DNA of 64,000 bases from contig OZ255836.1 in the NCBI GenBank assembly GCA_965277715.1, forward strand, positions 2,944,001 through 3,008,000, given 5' to 3'. The position numbers were made by a program, and so were the translations under genes. Positions within the stretch are counted from its first letter, which is position 1, and each line of letters starts with the position of its first letter. The notes beneath the pieces were generated by a model, which saw nothing but the letters and a program-made list of their open reading frames with translations, did not search any database and had not been told where the DNA came from. Below are positions 1-10,605 of the stretch, one piece after another. This DNA comes from Gammaproteobacteria bacterium (GTDB lineage: Bacteria > Pseudomonadota > Gammaproteobacteria > JBCCGL01).

Positions 1-1713
1 GCCACAGCGAACCCCTGGGCGCGCTGGCCGGCGTTGCCGTGGACCGTGGTTGCCGGGGGCGCCATCATTCTCGGCTATGCACTGAATGGACTGCGGCTGG
101 CCATCTTTGTCGGTTTCACATTCGCTTACATCGCGATTTTCGGGCAGTGGGAACCGTCGATGCAAACACTGTCCTTCGTATTAATTGCCGCGCCCATCTC
201 GGTGTTGCTCGGCCTTATTTTGGGTGTCTGGGCCTTTAAAAGTAAGCTTGTGGAAAGTGTACTGAACCCATTGCTCAACGTGGCGCAAATCATGCCGGCC
301 TTTTCCTATCTGATCCCGGTGATGGTATTTTTTGGTATCGGCGACCATGCGGGCGCAATTGCCACAGTCATTTTTGCAACGCCACCAATGGTGCGCCTGA
401 CCGTACTGGGCCTGAAAAAACTGCCCCCCGAGATCGGTGAAGCGGGCATGATGTGCGGCTGCACTAACTGGCAATTGTTGCTCAAAGTGCTGATTCCGAC
501 AGCCCGGCGGGATATTCTCATTGGGGTTAACCAGGTCATCATGCAATGCCTGGCGATGGTGGTCATTGCCTCGCTGATCGGCGCCAAGGGGCTGGGTAAC
601 GATTTGTTAATTGCGCTCAACCAACTGAGGATCGGCCTGGCGCTGGAAATCGGTGTCTGTATCGTTCTAATCGCGATTGTGCTGGACCGGATGTCACTCG
701 CCTGGGCCAATAAGCAGGTCGATTACTTCGCCAACTTATCGTTTATCGAACGGCATAAGTTTGCGCTGATTTTCGCTGTCGTTTTTGTCGTCGGCATCAT
801 TCTCGCCGTTATTGGTTCGTTTATTTTCAAGGAGGGCTTCAATTACCTCAACCTGATTCCGCATAACAAAGGTCTCACCACACAGGATTTCTGGCAGGCC
901 GCCGTCGACTGGGTCTGGGATACCTTTTTTTACACGCTCAAGGGGTTTAATGAGTGGTTGATCATCGGTGTGCTGGTGCCAGTCAAGACCGCCTATCTCG
1001 GTATGCCGGTTGTCGCGACCTTCGTGCTGGCAATGGGCACTGGGTATATTGTCGGTGGCATACGGGTTGCGCTAAGCGTGGGTGGATTTCTGCTGTTTAT
1101 CGCGCTGACCGAGTGGTGGGATAGGGCGCTGATCACCGCCTACCTGATGACCTTAGCCGTTCTGATATCGACCACCATCGGCATCATTACCGGAACCCTG
1201 TGCGCTCAACACCCGGTCACGACCCGCATTATGTTGACGATTTGCGATACCTTTCAGACCTTTCCGTCGTTTATCTACCTGATTCCGGTAATGATGCTGT
1301 TCGGCGTGACGGATACCTCGGTGCTGATTGCGATTGTCGTCTACGCCACCGTCCCGGCCACGCGCTATACGATCCAGGGCCTGTTAACCGTACCCCCATC
1401 GCTGCACGATGCCGGTGCGATGTCCGGCGTTAACCGCGTGCAACGCTATTTGTTCATTGAGCTGCCAATGTCATTCCCACATTTGGCGTTAGGGGTAAAT
1501 CAAACAGTCGTGTTTGCGCTGGCGATGGTCATTATTGGCGCCTTGATCGGCACCGACGATCTCGGCCAATTGATTCTCAAATCCCTGTCGGATAGAGCCG
1601 GTGTCGGCAACGGGCTGGTATTGGGTTTATGTGTTGCTTTTATTGGGTTGGCAATCGATCAGATATTGCGCACCTGGGCTGACCAGAGAAAGCAGGCCTT
1701 GGGGCTGAATTAA
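1..1713 (+). CDS. Glycine betaine/proline/choline-type ABC transporter permease (two fused ProW-like domains), 5' end outside the window
   Basis: Highly hydrophobic with two internal repeats (QIMPAFSYLIP / QTFPSFIYLIP, EAA-like loops, GVNQ twice). The frame is open back to base 1. Confidence 0.85.
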   Translation, partial: ATANPWARWPALPWTVVAGGAIILGYALNGLRLAIFVGFTFAYIAIFGQWEPSMQTLSFVLIAAPISVLLGLILGVWAFKSKLVESVLNPLLNVAQIMPAFSYLIPVMVFFGIGDHAGAIATVIFATPPMVRLTVLGLKKLPPEIGEAGMMCGCTNWQLLLKVLIPTARRDILIGVNQVIMQCLAMVVIASLIGAKGLGNDLLIALNQLRIGLALEIGVCIVLIAIVLDRMSLAWANKQVDYFANLSFIERHKFALIFAVVFVVGIILAVIGSFIFKEGFNYLNLIPHNKGLTTQDFWQAAVDWVWDTFFYTLKGFNEWLIIGVLVPVKTAYLGMPVVATFVLAMGTGYIVGGIRVALSVGGFLLFIALTEWWDRALITAYLMTLAVLISTTIGIITGTLCAQHPVTTRIMLTICDTFQTFPSFIYLIPVMMLFGVTDTSVLIAIVVYATVPATRYTIQGLLTVPPSLHDAGAMSGVNRVQRYLFIELPMSFPHLALGVNQTVVFALAMVIIGALIGTDDLGQLILKSLSDRAGVGNGLVLGLCVAFIGLAIDQILRTWADQRKQALGLN

Positions 1714-2278
1714 GTGCATCGCTGGGCGCCTGTCCGGTTCAGTTTGCGCACTCGATATACGTCGGGCTATCTGACGATATGGCAACTGATCTCTGCATTA
1801 TTGGTGACCTTTCGCGACACACTGCCTAAAACGGGTGTTCGGCAGCGCAACTGTAAAGCGTCTTTTTATCACTTAATAGGGTTGGAATAGACTATGGCTT
1901 CAACCAGCCGCAATCATTGGCTGGATACCCCGCTCAATGTCTTTAAGGCTAAAGCCCGCCAGTACCACAAGCGCCAGGATAGCTGAGAACCCAAGCTCTC
2001 TCTCGGGTAAATATCGTCATCGGTGGCCGGGTATCGCGGCTTTTGATTATGCGGGCCAACTGCCAGGCGAGGTTTTTGGCGCCGAACAGGTCGCGGTTGA
2101 CCAACGCCAGCGGCTTGTCGGTCTGGCCGATACCGGCAGTCGCCCGGCCCTGCGCCTGCCAGTGGCGATAGCCTGTCACCATCGCCAGACCGGTCAGTAG
2201 AAAACCTATCAATGCGTGAAATAGCTGATTTTTTATTTTAAGCTTGGCTTACTCAAGCTTGTCAATGTTAAGAGAATA

Positions 2279-3256
2279 ATGATTATGTCAGAAAACAGCT
2301 ATGAATCCGGGCGGCTGAACCTGCCCTTTGTCGGTCACTGCACCTTTGCCAAGGCACCGATTTGCACCGACTGGGATAATATCGACGCCGATGTAGCGAT
2401 TCTCGGTGTGCCCAACGATATGGGCACGCAGTGGCGATCAGGCGCACGGTTTGGGCCGCGTGGTGTACGCGAGGCATCGACGCTCTTCTCGTTTGGACAC
2501 GGTGGTGCCTATGATTTTGAAGACGACAAGCTCTATTTAACGCAAGATCAGGTACGCATTGTCGATGTGGGTGATGCTGATATCGTCCACACCGATATGG
2601 AAAAGAGCCACCGCAATACCTATGCCGCCGTGCGCAAAATACTCGAAGCCGGGGTGATGCCAATATCGATTGGTGGCGATCACTCGGTACATGCGCCGAT
2701 TATTGAGGCATTTGCCGATCGAGGGCCGATTCATATTCTGCATTTCGATGCGCACCTCGATTTTGTCGATGAGCGCCACGGGGTGCGCTACGGCCACGGC
2801 AACCCACTGCGGCGCGCCTCAGAGATGAACCATATTGTCGGTATGACGCAAATGGGTATCCGCAATGTCTCTTCGTCTAACCGCCAGGATTATGATGCAG
2901 CGCGTGCCGCTGGCTCGACGATTCTTTCGGTGCGCGATATACGGCGGCTCGGTGTGCAGGGCGTGGTTGATCAAATCCCCGATTGCGCGTCTTATTACAT
3001 CACGATTGATATCGATGGCTTCGACCCCTCTATTGCACCCGGCACCGGCACACCCAGCCACGGGGGATTTCAATACTACGAGGTGTTGGAGATTATTCAG
3101 GCAGTGGCAATACGCAACGGCGGCAATATTGTCGGCATCGACCTGGTTGAGATTGCACCACCTTACGACCCAACGGGTATTACCTCCATTTTGGGCGCGC
3201 AGTTGTTGATGAATGTCATTGGCTTTATTTTTCATGCGCGTGCCAATACGGGGTGA
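2279..3256 (+). CDS. speB: Agmatinase/ureohydrolase family protein
   Basis: GGDHS, DAHLD and DIDGFDP metal-binding motifs plus G-A-R-x-G-P. The exact guanidino substrate is uncertain. Confidence 0.8.
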   Translation: MIMSENSYESGRLNLPFVGHCTFAKAPICTDWDNIDADVAILGVPNDMGTQWRSGARFGPRGVREASTLFSFGHGGAYDFEDDKLYLTQDQVRIVDVGDADIVHTDMEKSHRNTYAAVRKILEAGVMPISIGGDHSVHAPIIEAFADRGPIHILHFDAHLDFVDERHGVRYGHGNPLRRASEMNHIVGMTQMGIRNVSSSNRQDYDAARAAGSTILSVRDIRRLGVQGVVDQIPDCASYYITIDIDGFDPSIAPGTGTPSHGGFQYYEVLEIIQAVAIRNGGNIVGIDLVEIAPPYDPTGITSILGAQLLMNVIGFIFHARANTG

Positions 3257-3304
3257 TCAAGCGAAAGCTGCGGCCCTAAGAGTCTGGCCAGGAGCCGTTC
3301 TCAA

Positions 3305-4228
3305 TCAGAGGCAAGAATGAATAAACCCCAGTATTTTTTGATACATCAACTGCACACCAGGGCTGGTTTCTATGGCCCGCAGGCACCCGTGCACCAAGCC
3401 TTTACCCAGGTGTAGAGTGGATTGTGTGCCCGCCGCCAGGAGTTTTTCCTGGTAGGCGTAGGCATCATCCCGCAGGGGGTCGTATTCCACCGGCAACAAC
3501 AGCGCAGGCGGTAGGTTGCCAAAGTCGCTGGCCAGCAAAGGGGTGTTATAGGGGCCTGGAGTACCACCTTCCCCCAGGTAGATCCTGTGATAGAAAGCCA
3601 CGTCACGGGTGCTCAGCATGGGGGCGTTGGCACACTCGGTGTAGGCGGGCAGTGTCAGTGCATGGGTCACCGCCGGGTAAACCATAATCTGCCCCAGCAG
3701 TGGCAGGCCACCCCCGTCCCGGTTGGCGAGCGCGACTGCCGCCGCTAAATTGCCCCCGGCACTGTCGCCACACAGGATTATTTTACGGGCATCGATAGCG
3801 TACTCCTCTGGCGTGCCTTGCAGGGCGTGCACAACCCCAAAACAGTCGTCAAAAGCCGCCGGGAAAACATGCTCCGGGGCCAGCCGGTAATCGACCGAGA
3901 CCACCTTGCAAGCCGTATCGTGGGCCAGCTTTGCACAGATAAAATCGTGGCTGTCCAGCCCGCCAACGACAAAACCACCCCCGTGAAAATAGACAAGGCA
4001 CGGCGCATTGCTGCGCTGCCGCCGCCAATACCAGCGCACGGGTACGCTGTGGTTGGGGGTGTCGATCACCGCATCGTAGCAGTGCAGGCCACTGGGCGGC
4101 GCCGGGGTAAAGTGTGCGCAAACCTGATCGTAGATGGCGCGCTGGTCTTCAATGCGGGCCGCGACGCTGGTGGTGTACAAGGATTCACTGCGTGCGATAA
4201 AGGTTTTTATTTCAGGTTCCAGGTGCAT
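3305..4228 (-). CDS. HSL-family alpha/beta hydrolase (esterase/lipase)
   Basis: HGGGF oxyanion motif, GDSAGG nucleophile elbow, DPLRD and HG catalytic motifs. Confidence 0.9.
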   Translation of the reverse strand: MHLEPEIKTFIARSESLYTTSVAARIEDQRAIYDQVCAHFTPAPPSGLHCYDAVIDTPNHSVPVRWYWRRQRSNAPCLVYFHGGGFVVGGLDSHDFICAKLAHDTACKVVSVDYRLAPEHVFPAAFDDCFGVVHALQGTPEEYAIDARKIILCGDSAGGNLAAAVALANRDGGGLPLLGQIMVYPAVTHALTLPAYTECANAPMLSTRDVAFYHRIYLGEGGTPGPYNTPLLASDFGNLPPALLLPVEYDPLRDDAYAYQEKLLAAGTQSTLHLGKGLVHGCLRAIETSPGVQLMYQKILGFIHSCL

Positions 4229-4260
4229 TGCCCTACGTCCTCATCGAGTTATCTTTATTT

Positions 4261-4439
4261 ATCCTAAATTCCTCAGTTGAATCTACTGCGACCACCTAAT
4301 GCACTGAATCTAAAGCGCTTTTACCAGCATTTCAGCTTCACCTGTAGAATCACTACAGGATGGCTAAAATTCTGGTAAAAACACTTCATCTTCAGCACCT
4401 TAGACGCCCTCGCTACGATTCAACTGCGGAATTTAGGTT
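4261..4439. repeat. Palindromic MITE-like element, family A (long copy)
   Basis: Terminal inverted repeats CCTAAATTCC(T/G)CAGTTGAATC ... GATTCAACTGCGGAATTTAGG with an internal hairpin. Second copy at 10413-10497. Confidence 0.85.
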
Positions 4440-7400
4440 TATATTTTGCTATGTGTGCTTTTAGCGCCGCCACTGCCTGGGTGTAGTTGTCTTGCAGTTG
4501 CTGGCAGTGCACGTCAGGGATGGACACTTGTCGTTTGGCCTGAGCCTCTATTGTGGTCAGCAGTGCACACAATTGTTGCAGGCCAAAGTTCCCCGCCGCG
4601 CCGCGCAGTTTGTGCGCCGCTTTTTCAATGGTCACCGGTACTTGCAGTTCAATCGCTTTCAGTAATACAGCATATTGTGCGCCACCGCTGCGGTGAAAAA
4701 CATCCAGCATTGCCTCGACACGCTCCAGGCCCAGTTTATGAATATCCTCATCGATAACCGATGCATCAAAAATGGGGGCATTTTCCGCCTGTATCTGTGC
4801 GTTGACCTGAATGTTGGCCTGTGAGTTGGCCTGGGTGCCAACCAGGCTATTGGTACAGCCATTACGGTTAACCGCTCTAATGGCACTGTCGAGGTCTTCC
4901 ATCGAAAAGGGCTTGCCCAGGAAACCATTCATTCCCGCGCTCAGATACTGGTCGACTTCTTCTGTAAATACATGCGCAGACATGGCAATAACCGGGGTTG
5001 AGGCGAGCACTTTGTCGGTGTGCGTACGCAGCCGCCTGAGAATTGTCAGGCCGTCAATACCGGGCAGGCTGATGTCGAGCAGTACCAGTGATGGGTACGC
5101 CGGGCCCAATGGCGCCGAATCCAATAACGACAGGGCCTGTTCGCCTGTTTGTGCCGCGATAACCCGGTGCCCCAGCTTTTGCAGGTAATTGTTGGTTACC
5201 ATACGGTTGGCATCGTCATCCTCGACCATAAGTACATCGATACCCGCCTTGTGGTGGCCAGGGGTATCAGAAAACGCCTCAATATCAATGCCAGGTCGTT
5301 TGCTACCAGGTCGCCCGGTGCCAGATCGTTCAGTGTCAGGCTGTAATGAGCACGGCTGTAAAGGCACATCGAAACCGATGCGCGTACCCCCACCCAGTTG
5401 GCTCTCCAGGTGCATGCTCCCGCCCATGGCCGCTACCAGCCGGTCACAAATGGCCAGGCCCAGGCCAATACCACCGTATTGACGCGCACTGGAGGTATCC
5501 ACCTGGGTAAACGCCTGAAAGATTTCGGTGTGTTTGTCTGCGCCAATGCCAATGCCGGTGTCTTCGACGACAAAACGCAGAGCCAGAGCATCGATAGCAT
5601 TGACAACATCGCTATCACCCGCACAGACGCGCAGGGCAATCGCCCCTTTTTCGGTAAATTTATTGGCGTTGCCAATCAGGTTGAGCAATACCTGGTGCAG
5701 CTTGCCGGCATCACCCAGCCATTGCTGAGGTAACGCCGCATCGATGTGCAGGGCCAGTTTATTGCCATTCTCACTGACGGGTACGCGCATTAAATCGACT
5801 ACGTTGTTCAATAACACTGTCAGTTGAAATTCACGTGCGTCAATTTTCAGTTTGCCCGCCTCCAACTGCGAGTAGCCGAGTATGTCGTTAACAATATCCA
5901 GCAGTGTGGTATTGGCTGTATCGATGGTGCGCAGGTAGTCGAGCTGTTGTGCCTGCAACGGGGTGTCTGCGAGCAGGCGCACGCTGCCGAGCGCACCACT
6001 TAGGGGGGTGCGCAGTTCGTGGCTCACGGTGGCTAAAAAGGTCGTCTTGGCCTGGTTTGCCTGCTCGGCTTTTTCGCGGGCAATGGCGTGGTTTTGCACG
6101 GCTTCTGAGAGTTTTTCGTTGGTTTTGCGCAATTGTTCGGTGCGCTCCCCCACCAGCTCTTCGAGGTGTGCCTTGTGCCGCTGCAGCTCTTCATCGACAC
6201 GGCGCTTTTCAATGGCGTTGTTGCGAAAGCCCCGCAGCGCCTGCCCCATATTGGCTAGCTCGTCGCGGCCCTCGTCGATAATTTCAACGGCGTAATTGCC
6301 CGCAGCGATATTGCGGGTTGCCGATTCCAACAAGAGCAAACGGCGGATAACGTTGCGCTTTACAAAGCCCCATAAAATGACGGCGGCGACCAGTAGTGAA
6401 AAAGCTGAAATCCAGTTGAACAGGCTGCGACTGGTATCCAGCGATTGTTTGGCGGTGGTGGAGACGCGGTTAATCAGGGTGCCACCGGCGGTGTTTAGTT
6501 GTTTGACGATGCCGTTGAGCCGCTGCGAGGCCTCGCCGGTTTCAAGCGCCAGTCTGGTCAGTGACTGGTTGATCTCCAACAGCGATACGCGGGTTTCAAA
6601 AATGCCGTAGACGTAGAGCGGGCCATTGTCGACCTCCATCGCATTGAGCAGTTGGTTGGCTTTTTCCCGCCGCTGGGGGTCATTAATTTCACTGACCCGA
6701 CGCTTGAGGATGGTAAGCGTTTCTGCGGTGCGTTGGCGCAATGTGCCGAGCACGGTGATATCAGACTCTTTACCCACCCGGTTAAACAGGCCACGCAAAT
6801 TGGCGCTGCGCAGGCGCAGCTCGTACATACGCTCCATCGCGTCGATATCCACTTCCACCAGGCGGTCAAAAACCTGATACAGCGCCTGCTGGCTGGCGTT
6901 GTTCTCGACCAGGTCATAGAGGTTTGAGGTAATCGCGGTGGTCGTGGCGGCGGCGTTGGCAACCAGTGAGTCGGCCAGCTCGTTTAGCTCGGCGGTGGCG
7001 GCCACCAGTTTGGCCGATAGGCCGGTGAAGTGTTTGTGCTGCTGATTGCGCTGGCGCACCTGTTCGTTTTGCTGGTGCAGTTTGCCGGTGATTTCCTGCA
7101 CGGTATCGCGCAGGGTTTGCAGGAAGGGCTCCTGTCGGGACTCGTTGAGCAGTGTGTTTAAAGCCTCGACATGGGCAAACAATACCGCGCTGATTGCCTG
7201 GCGCTCGGTCTCGTCGCTGGCGCGCACCAATTGCTGGGCGGCGGCACCAATTGATGCGTTTAGCTCAGAGAGGCTATGCGCCCGCCGCAGGTCTGGAATC
7301 GCCTGGTCGATCACCGAATTTTGCGAATCAGAAATACGCTGGAAACCCTGCCAGCCCACCACTACCGACACCGCTGACAGTAAAAATATACTGCCAAAAG

Positions 7401-7440
7401 CGAGGTACAGCTTGGTGGCGATGCCCGGTTTGTTCATCAC
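4420..7440 (-). CDS. torS: TorS-like hybrid sensor histidine kinase (periplasmic sensor, HAMP, HisKA, HATPase, REC, Hpt)
   Basis: TorS-type periplasmic segment (DRLVEVDIDAMERMYELR), SHELRTP, NANKFT/GIGLGL, LLDISLP receiver, AHKLRGAA Hpt. Divergent from torT. Confidence 0.85.
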   Translation of the reverse strand: MMNKPGIATKLYLAFGSIFLLSAVSVVVGWQGFQRISDSQNSVIDQAIPDLRRAHSLSELNASIGAAAQQLVRASDETERQAISAVLFAHVEALNTLLNESRQEPFLQTLRDTVQEITGKLHQQNEQVRQRNQQHKHFTGLSAKLVAATAELNELADSLVANAAATTTAITSNLYDLVENNASQQALYQVFDRLVEVDIDAMERMYELRLRSANLRGLFNRVGKESDITVLGTLRQRTAETLTILKRRVSEINDPQRREKANQLLNAMEVDNGPLYVYGIFETRVSLLEINQSLTRLALETGEASQRLNGIVKQLNTAGGTLINRVSTTAKQSLDTSRSLFNWISAFSLLVAAVILWGFVKRNVIRRLLLLESATRNIAAGNYAVEIIDEGRDELANMGQALRGFRNNAIEKRRVDEELQRHKAHLEELVGERTEQLRKTNEKLSEAVQNHAIAREKAEQANQAKTTFLATVSHELRTPLSGALGSVRLLADTPLQAQQLDYLRTIDTANTTLLDIVNDILGYSQLEAGKLKIDAREFQLTVLLNNVVDLMRVPVSENGNKLALHIDAALPQQWLGDAGKLHQVLLNLIGNANKFTEKGAIALRVCAGDSDVVNAIDALALRFVVEDTGIGIGADKHTEIFQAFTQVDTSSARQYGGIGLGLAICDRLVAAMGGSMHLESQLGGGTRIGFDVPLQPCSLQPDTERSGTGRPGSKRPGIDIEAFSDTPGHHKAGIDVLMVEDDDANRMVTNNYLQKLGHRVIAAQTGEQALSLLDSAPLGPAYPSLVLLDISLPGIDGLTILRRLRTHTDKVLASTPVIAMSAHVFTEEVDQYLSAGMNGFLGKPFSMEDLDSAIRAVNRNGCTNSLVGTQANSQANIQVNAQIQAENAPIFDASVIDEDIHKLGLERVEAMLDVFHRSGGAQYAVLLKAIELQVPVTIEKAAHKLRGAAGNFGLQQLCALLTTIEAQAKRQVSIPDVHCQQLQDNYTQAVAALKAHIAKYKPKFRS

Positions 7441-7512
7441 ATCAGGCTGCCCTTTGCAGTGGCAAAACGCAAGCGTAGAATGGTTTGTTAATCACCTGCG
7501 GAATGTAGCCTC

Positions 7513-8595
7513 TTGATCCATGTTGTTCAAATCCGATTGCCCGGTGCTTTATTGTGTGCCACCCTGTTGATAGCCGCATGGGCACACGCCCCGTCGATAC
7601 ACGCGCAAACCTGGCGCCTGGAAACCTGGTCGATCCCTTTTGATTACACCAGCACCAGCCGTGTGATCAACTATCAGCCCGCCCGGGCCGCCAGTCGCCA
7701 CTGGCATTTGTGCATCGCCTACCCTCATCTCAAAGACTCGTATTGGCTAAACGTCAATTACGGCATGGTGGAAGAGGCGCGGCGACTCGGTATTGAATTT
7801 ACCCTGGTAGAGGCAGGTGGATACCCAAACCTCGAACGCCAGCGCCAACAGATTGAACACTGCGCACAAACGGGCGCCGATGCGCTGATCGTTGGGACGG
7901 TATCGTTTCACGGCCTGAGTGAATCGATTGCCCGCATTGCAGAAAACATGCCTGTGCTCGCCACGGTCAATGACATTGAGGATACCGGCATCACGGCAAA
8001 ATCCGGTGTGTCCTGGGCGACAATGGGGCGTAACGCGGGGGCGTATCTCGCTGCACGGCACCCGGCGGGTAGCCCGCCTGTCAGCGTCGCCTGGTTTCCC
8101 GGCCCCCAGGGTGCGGGCTGGGTGACGTTTATCGAAGCGGGTTTTCAGCAGGGCCTGGCCAATAGCGCGGTGGAAATCGTCGTCACCAAATGGGGGGATA
8201 CCGGTAAGGAGATCCAGCGCACACTGGTACAGGAGGTATTGGAAAGCCATCCACAGGTGGATTATATCGTTGGCAATGCACTGATGGCGGAGGCGGCGAT
8301 CAGCACGCTGCGCAACCGACAGTTGGATAGTGATATTCAGATCATCTCGACCTATTTTACCCCGGCGGTATACCGGGGAATCCGCCGGGGGCGCATCCTG
8401 GCGGCGCCTACCGACGCACCCGTGGTGCAGGGTCGGCTGTCGATTAATCAGGCGGTGAGGGTGCTCGAAGGGCGTGAGTATATTCAACACGCCGGGCCAG
8501 AAATTCGCATGATCGATCAGAACAACTGGCAGAAAATCGATATTGCCGACTCGTTGGCACCGCCATCATTTTTGCCTGCCTTTGTCTGGCCTTGA
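7513..8595 (+). CDS. torT: TorT periplasmic TMAO-binding protein (start approximate)
   Basis: LCIAYPHLKDSYWLNVNYGMVEEA and EAGGY motifs typical of TorT, signal peptide, adjacent to torS. Confidence 0.88.
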   Translation: MIHVVQIRLPGALLCATLLIAAWAHAPSIHAQTWRLETWSIPFDYTSTSRVINYQPARAASRHWHLCIAYPHLKDSYWLNVNYGMVEEARRLGIEFTLVEAGGYPNLERQRQQIEHCAQTGADALIVGTVSFHGLSESIARIAENMPVLATVNDIEDTGITAKSGVSWATMGRNAGAYLAARHPAGSPPVSVAWFPGPQGAGWVTFIEAGFQQGLANSAVEIVVTKWGDTGKEIQRTLVQEVLESHPQVDYIVGNALMAEAAISTLRNRQLDSDIQIISTYFTPAVYRGIRRGRILAAPTDAPVVQGRLSINQAVRVLEGREYIQHAGPEIRMIDQNNWQKIDIADSLAPPSFLPAFVWP

Positions 8596-8607
8596 ATATT
8601 CCTGAGT

Positions 8608-9714
8608 CTACTCTTTGCTGATTACCATATAAGCGTGCACGTATCCCATGCCATGCTCACTGGGGTTTTCCAGCACACGGGCTTTATACGTGTTGTAGTA
8701 ATCTTCAATTAGTGCCTTGCGCGCCGCCAGTGGCCGATCCGTTGAGAGGGCGGCAAAATACGTACTCTCATTCCAGGTGCGAATGGTGGGAATATAATCA
8801 CTGGCGAATTTCCCGGCATCGCCGTGCCGCTTAAAATCTTCGGCAAACGGGCAGGGCACGACGCGGGTTTCGATATGCTCCAACCGCAGGCCCGCCTGAT
8901 AAACCGGGCTGTTGGTATCTATCAGCGGGGCAGAAAACTCTTCGACTGAGTTGTAGTACTGCGGCAGTGTCATCGCCGTGTATTCGCTTTGATCGATACG
9001 CCCCTGATCCAAAAACTGCTGCCAGATTGCCTTAAAGGTATCAAACATATTGACCCCGCCGGTATTGCCCAGGTAGCGCCCCTGTTCATCGATGCCAAAG
9101 TTAATCAACACCAGGCGGCCACCCGGTGCCAACTCAGCGGCGCGGCACAGCAGGATCTGTTGCCAGTCTTTTTTGGCTTGTGCGCGAAACGCATCCAACT
9201 CATCACCGCTGGCACCCACCATATGCACATGGTCTGAAATATCACAGGGTTTGGCACTCAGCCAATGCATGGCCGTTGCTGAAAACCCGACATTGAGCGC
9301 GGCATAAGGCACTATCTGCCGGTAAAACGATGTGCCCGATACCAGGGGAAAGACATTCCCGAAGCGTTCGAGGTAGCTATCAAATGGCCCCAGGCCGTGT
9401 ACATTGGTTACCAACGCGTTGAAATCATTGCGTGGTTGATCGGTGTAGACAACCGATACCGGTACATTAATAACGCGTTCGCGGGCGGCGGCGATAGCCG
9501 CCTCTACCATACTCAACGAAGTACCGCCGTCTGCACACCCCATATCAGAGAGGGTAAAGCCATTTTTTATACTGGCGATGGGAATCGAGTTAATCGCATC
9601 GACCACCAGAGGTGTCGCCATATCGATAACATCTTTCGCGCCTTTGGTCGCGAGAGAATAGACACCACCACCACTCATGGTGATGGATTCGGCTTGTGCA
9701 GATTTTTTTGTCAC
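8608..9714 (-). CDS. SAM-dependent methyltransferase, SABATH/Methyltransf_7-like
   Basis: MSGGG.YS, DMGCADG, DQPRNDFN, GTSFY, SATAMHWLS and RAAELAPGG motifs of the salicylate/jasmonate carboxyl-methyltransferase family. Confidence 0.8.
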   Translation of the reverse strand: MTKKSAQAESITMSGGGVYSLATKGAKDVIDMATPLVVDAINSIPIASIKNGFTLSDMGCADGGTSLSMVEAAIAAARERVINVPVSVVYTDQPRNDFNALVTNVHGLGPFDSYLERFGNVFPLVSGTSFYRQIVPYAALNVGFSATAMHWLSAKPCDISDHVHMVGASGDELDAFRAQAKKDWQQILLCRAAELAPGGRLVLINFGIDEQGRYLGNTGGVNMFDTFKAIWQQFLDQGRIDQSEYTAMTLPQYYNSVEEFSAPLIDTNSPVYQAGLRLEHIETRVVPCPFAEDFKRHGDAGKFASDYIPTIRTWNESTYFAALSTDRPLAARKALIEDYYNTYKARVLENPSEHGMGYVHAYMVISKE

Positions 9715-10097
9715 GGTGGTTTCCCCTTGCAGGTTTGATCGATAAACAATAACCCAACAGTCTGGATTCGGGACGCAGTATAGCTATTTTTAGTGAGCAG
9801 GGATGGGCAGGCAGGCGTATGTATTGTGTGGGTCAGGTATCCTCAGGCGTTGTTGAATCCTTGTCTTTTTGCGCTTCATCCGTTTTCCAGCATTCCACCT
9901 CTCTACTGAGGCAATTAATCGCGCCCTGCAAAAATGGATAATATTGATAGAATTCGGTGAGATCGTGACCAAATAAACAGGCACTACTCTCACGGGACAA
10001 TTTTTCCGGCTTTGGTTTTTTCATAAAATTGCTCCTTATTCAGAACCACATTTACACAAATAACCATCAGAATCAAGCGCTTTTAGCGGAACGCCAC

Positions 10098-10307
10098 ATG
10101 AACCTGGTAGGCCCCAAAATCAAGCATATTCGCACATCACAAAACATTACTCAGGCACAACTGGCAGGACGGTGCAATGTACATAGCTGGGATATCAGCC
10201 GTGGCACCCTGGCGAAAATCGAATCCCAGGTGAGAAGAGTGACAGACCTGGAAGCGGCATTAATAGCAAAAGTGCTCAAAGTGGATATTGCAGAACTGTT
10301 TATGTAG
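10098..10307 (+). CDS. XRE-family HTH transcriptional regulator
   Basis: IKHIR...ITQAQLA...ISRGTLAKIES HTH pattern. ATG at 10098. Confidence 0.8.
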   Translation: MNLVGPKIKHIRTSQNITQAQLAGRCNVHSWDISRGTLAKIESQVRRVTDLEAALIAKVLKVDIAELFM

Positions 10308-10412
10308 TGGAGAATTAGTACACTGTCTACCTTAATAAGGATGTCGGAAAACGACAACACTGACTGGTACGCCATCTACCAACTCAGTAAAGCCTACGCC
10401 AATATCACATTA

Positions 10413-10497
10413 AACCTAAATTCCGCAGTTGAATCTACTGCGACCACCTAATGCGCTGAAGGCGCCCTCGCTACGATTCAACGGCGGAATTTAGGTT
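10413..10497. repeat. Palindromic MITE-like element, family A (internally deleted copy)
   Basis: Same ends and subterminal sequence as 4261-4439 but lacks the central ~95 bp. Confidence 0.85.
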
Positions 10498-10605
10498 AAA
10501 AGCTTTTGCATTAGCGCTTCAGCTCTCTCCGTGCCGACCGATAAAAGGGAAACAGGTCGGTACACACGCCCGACCAAACACAACTGTGGTTACTGGTCAC
10601 TCATT

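Noticed and set aside
1937-2212. Short ORFs between the permease and speB
   Set aside because: No recognisable family; at most a decayed membrane-protein gene. No convincing riboswitch was seen either.
9790-10024. Small ORFs divergent from the XRE gene
   Set aside because: Short, with no motif; cannot be supported as genes.
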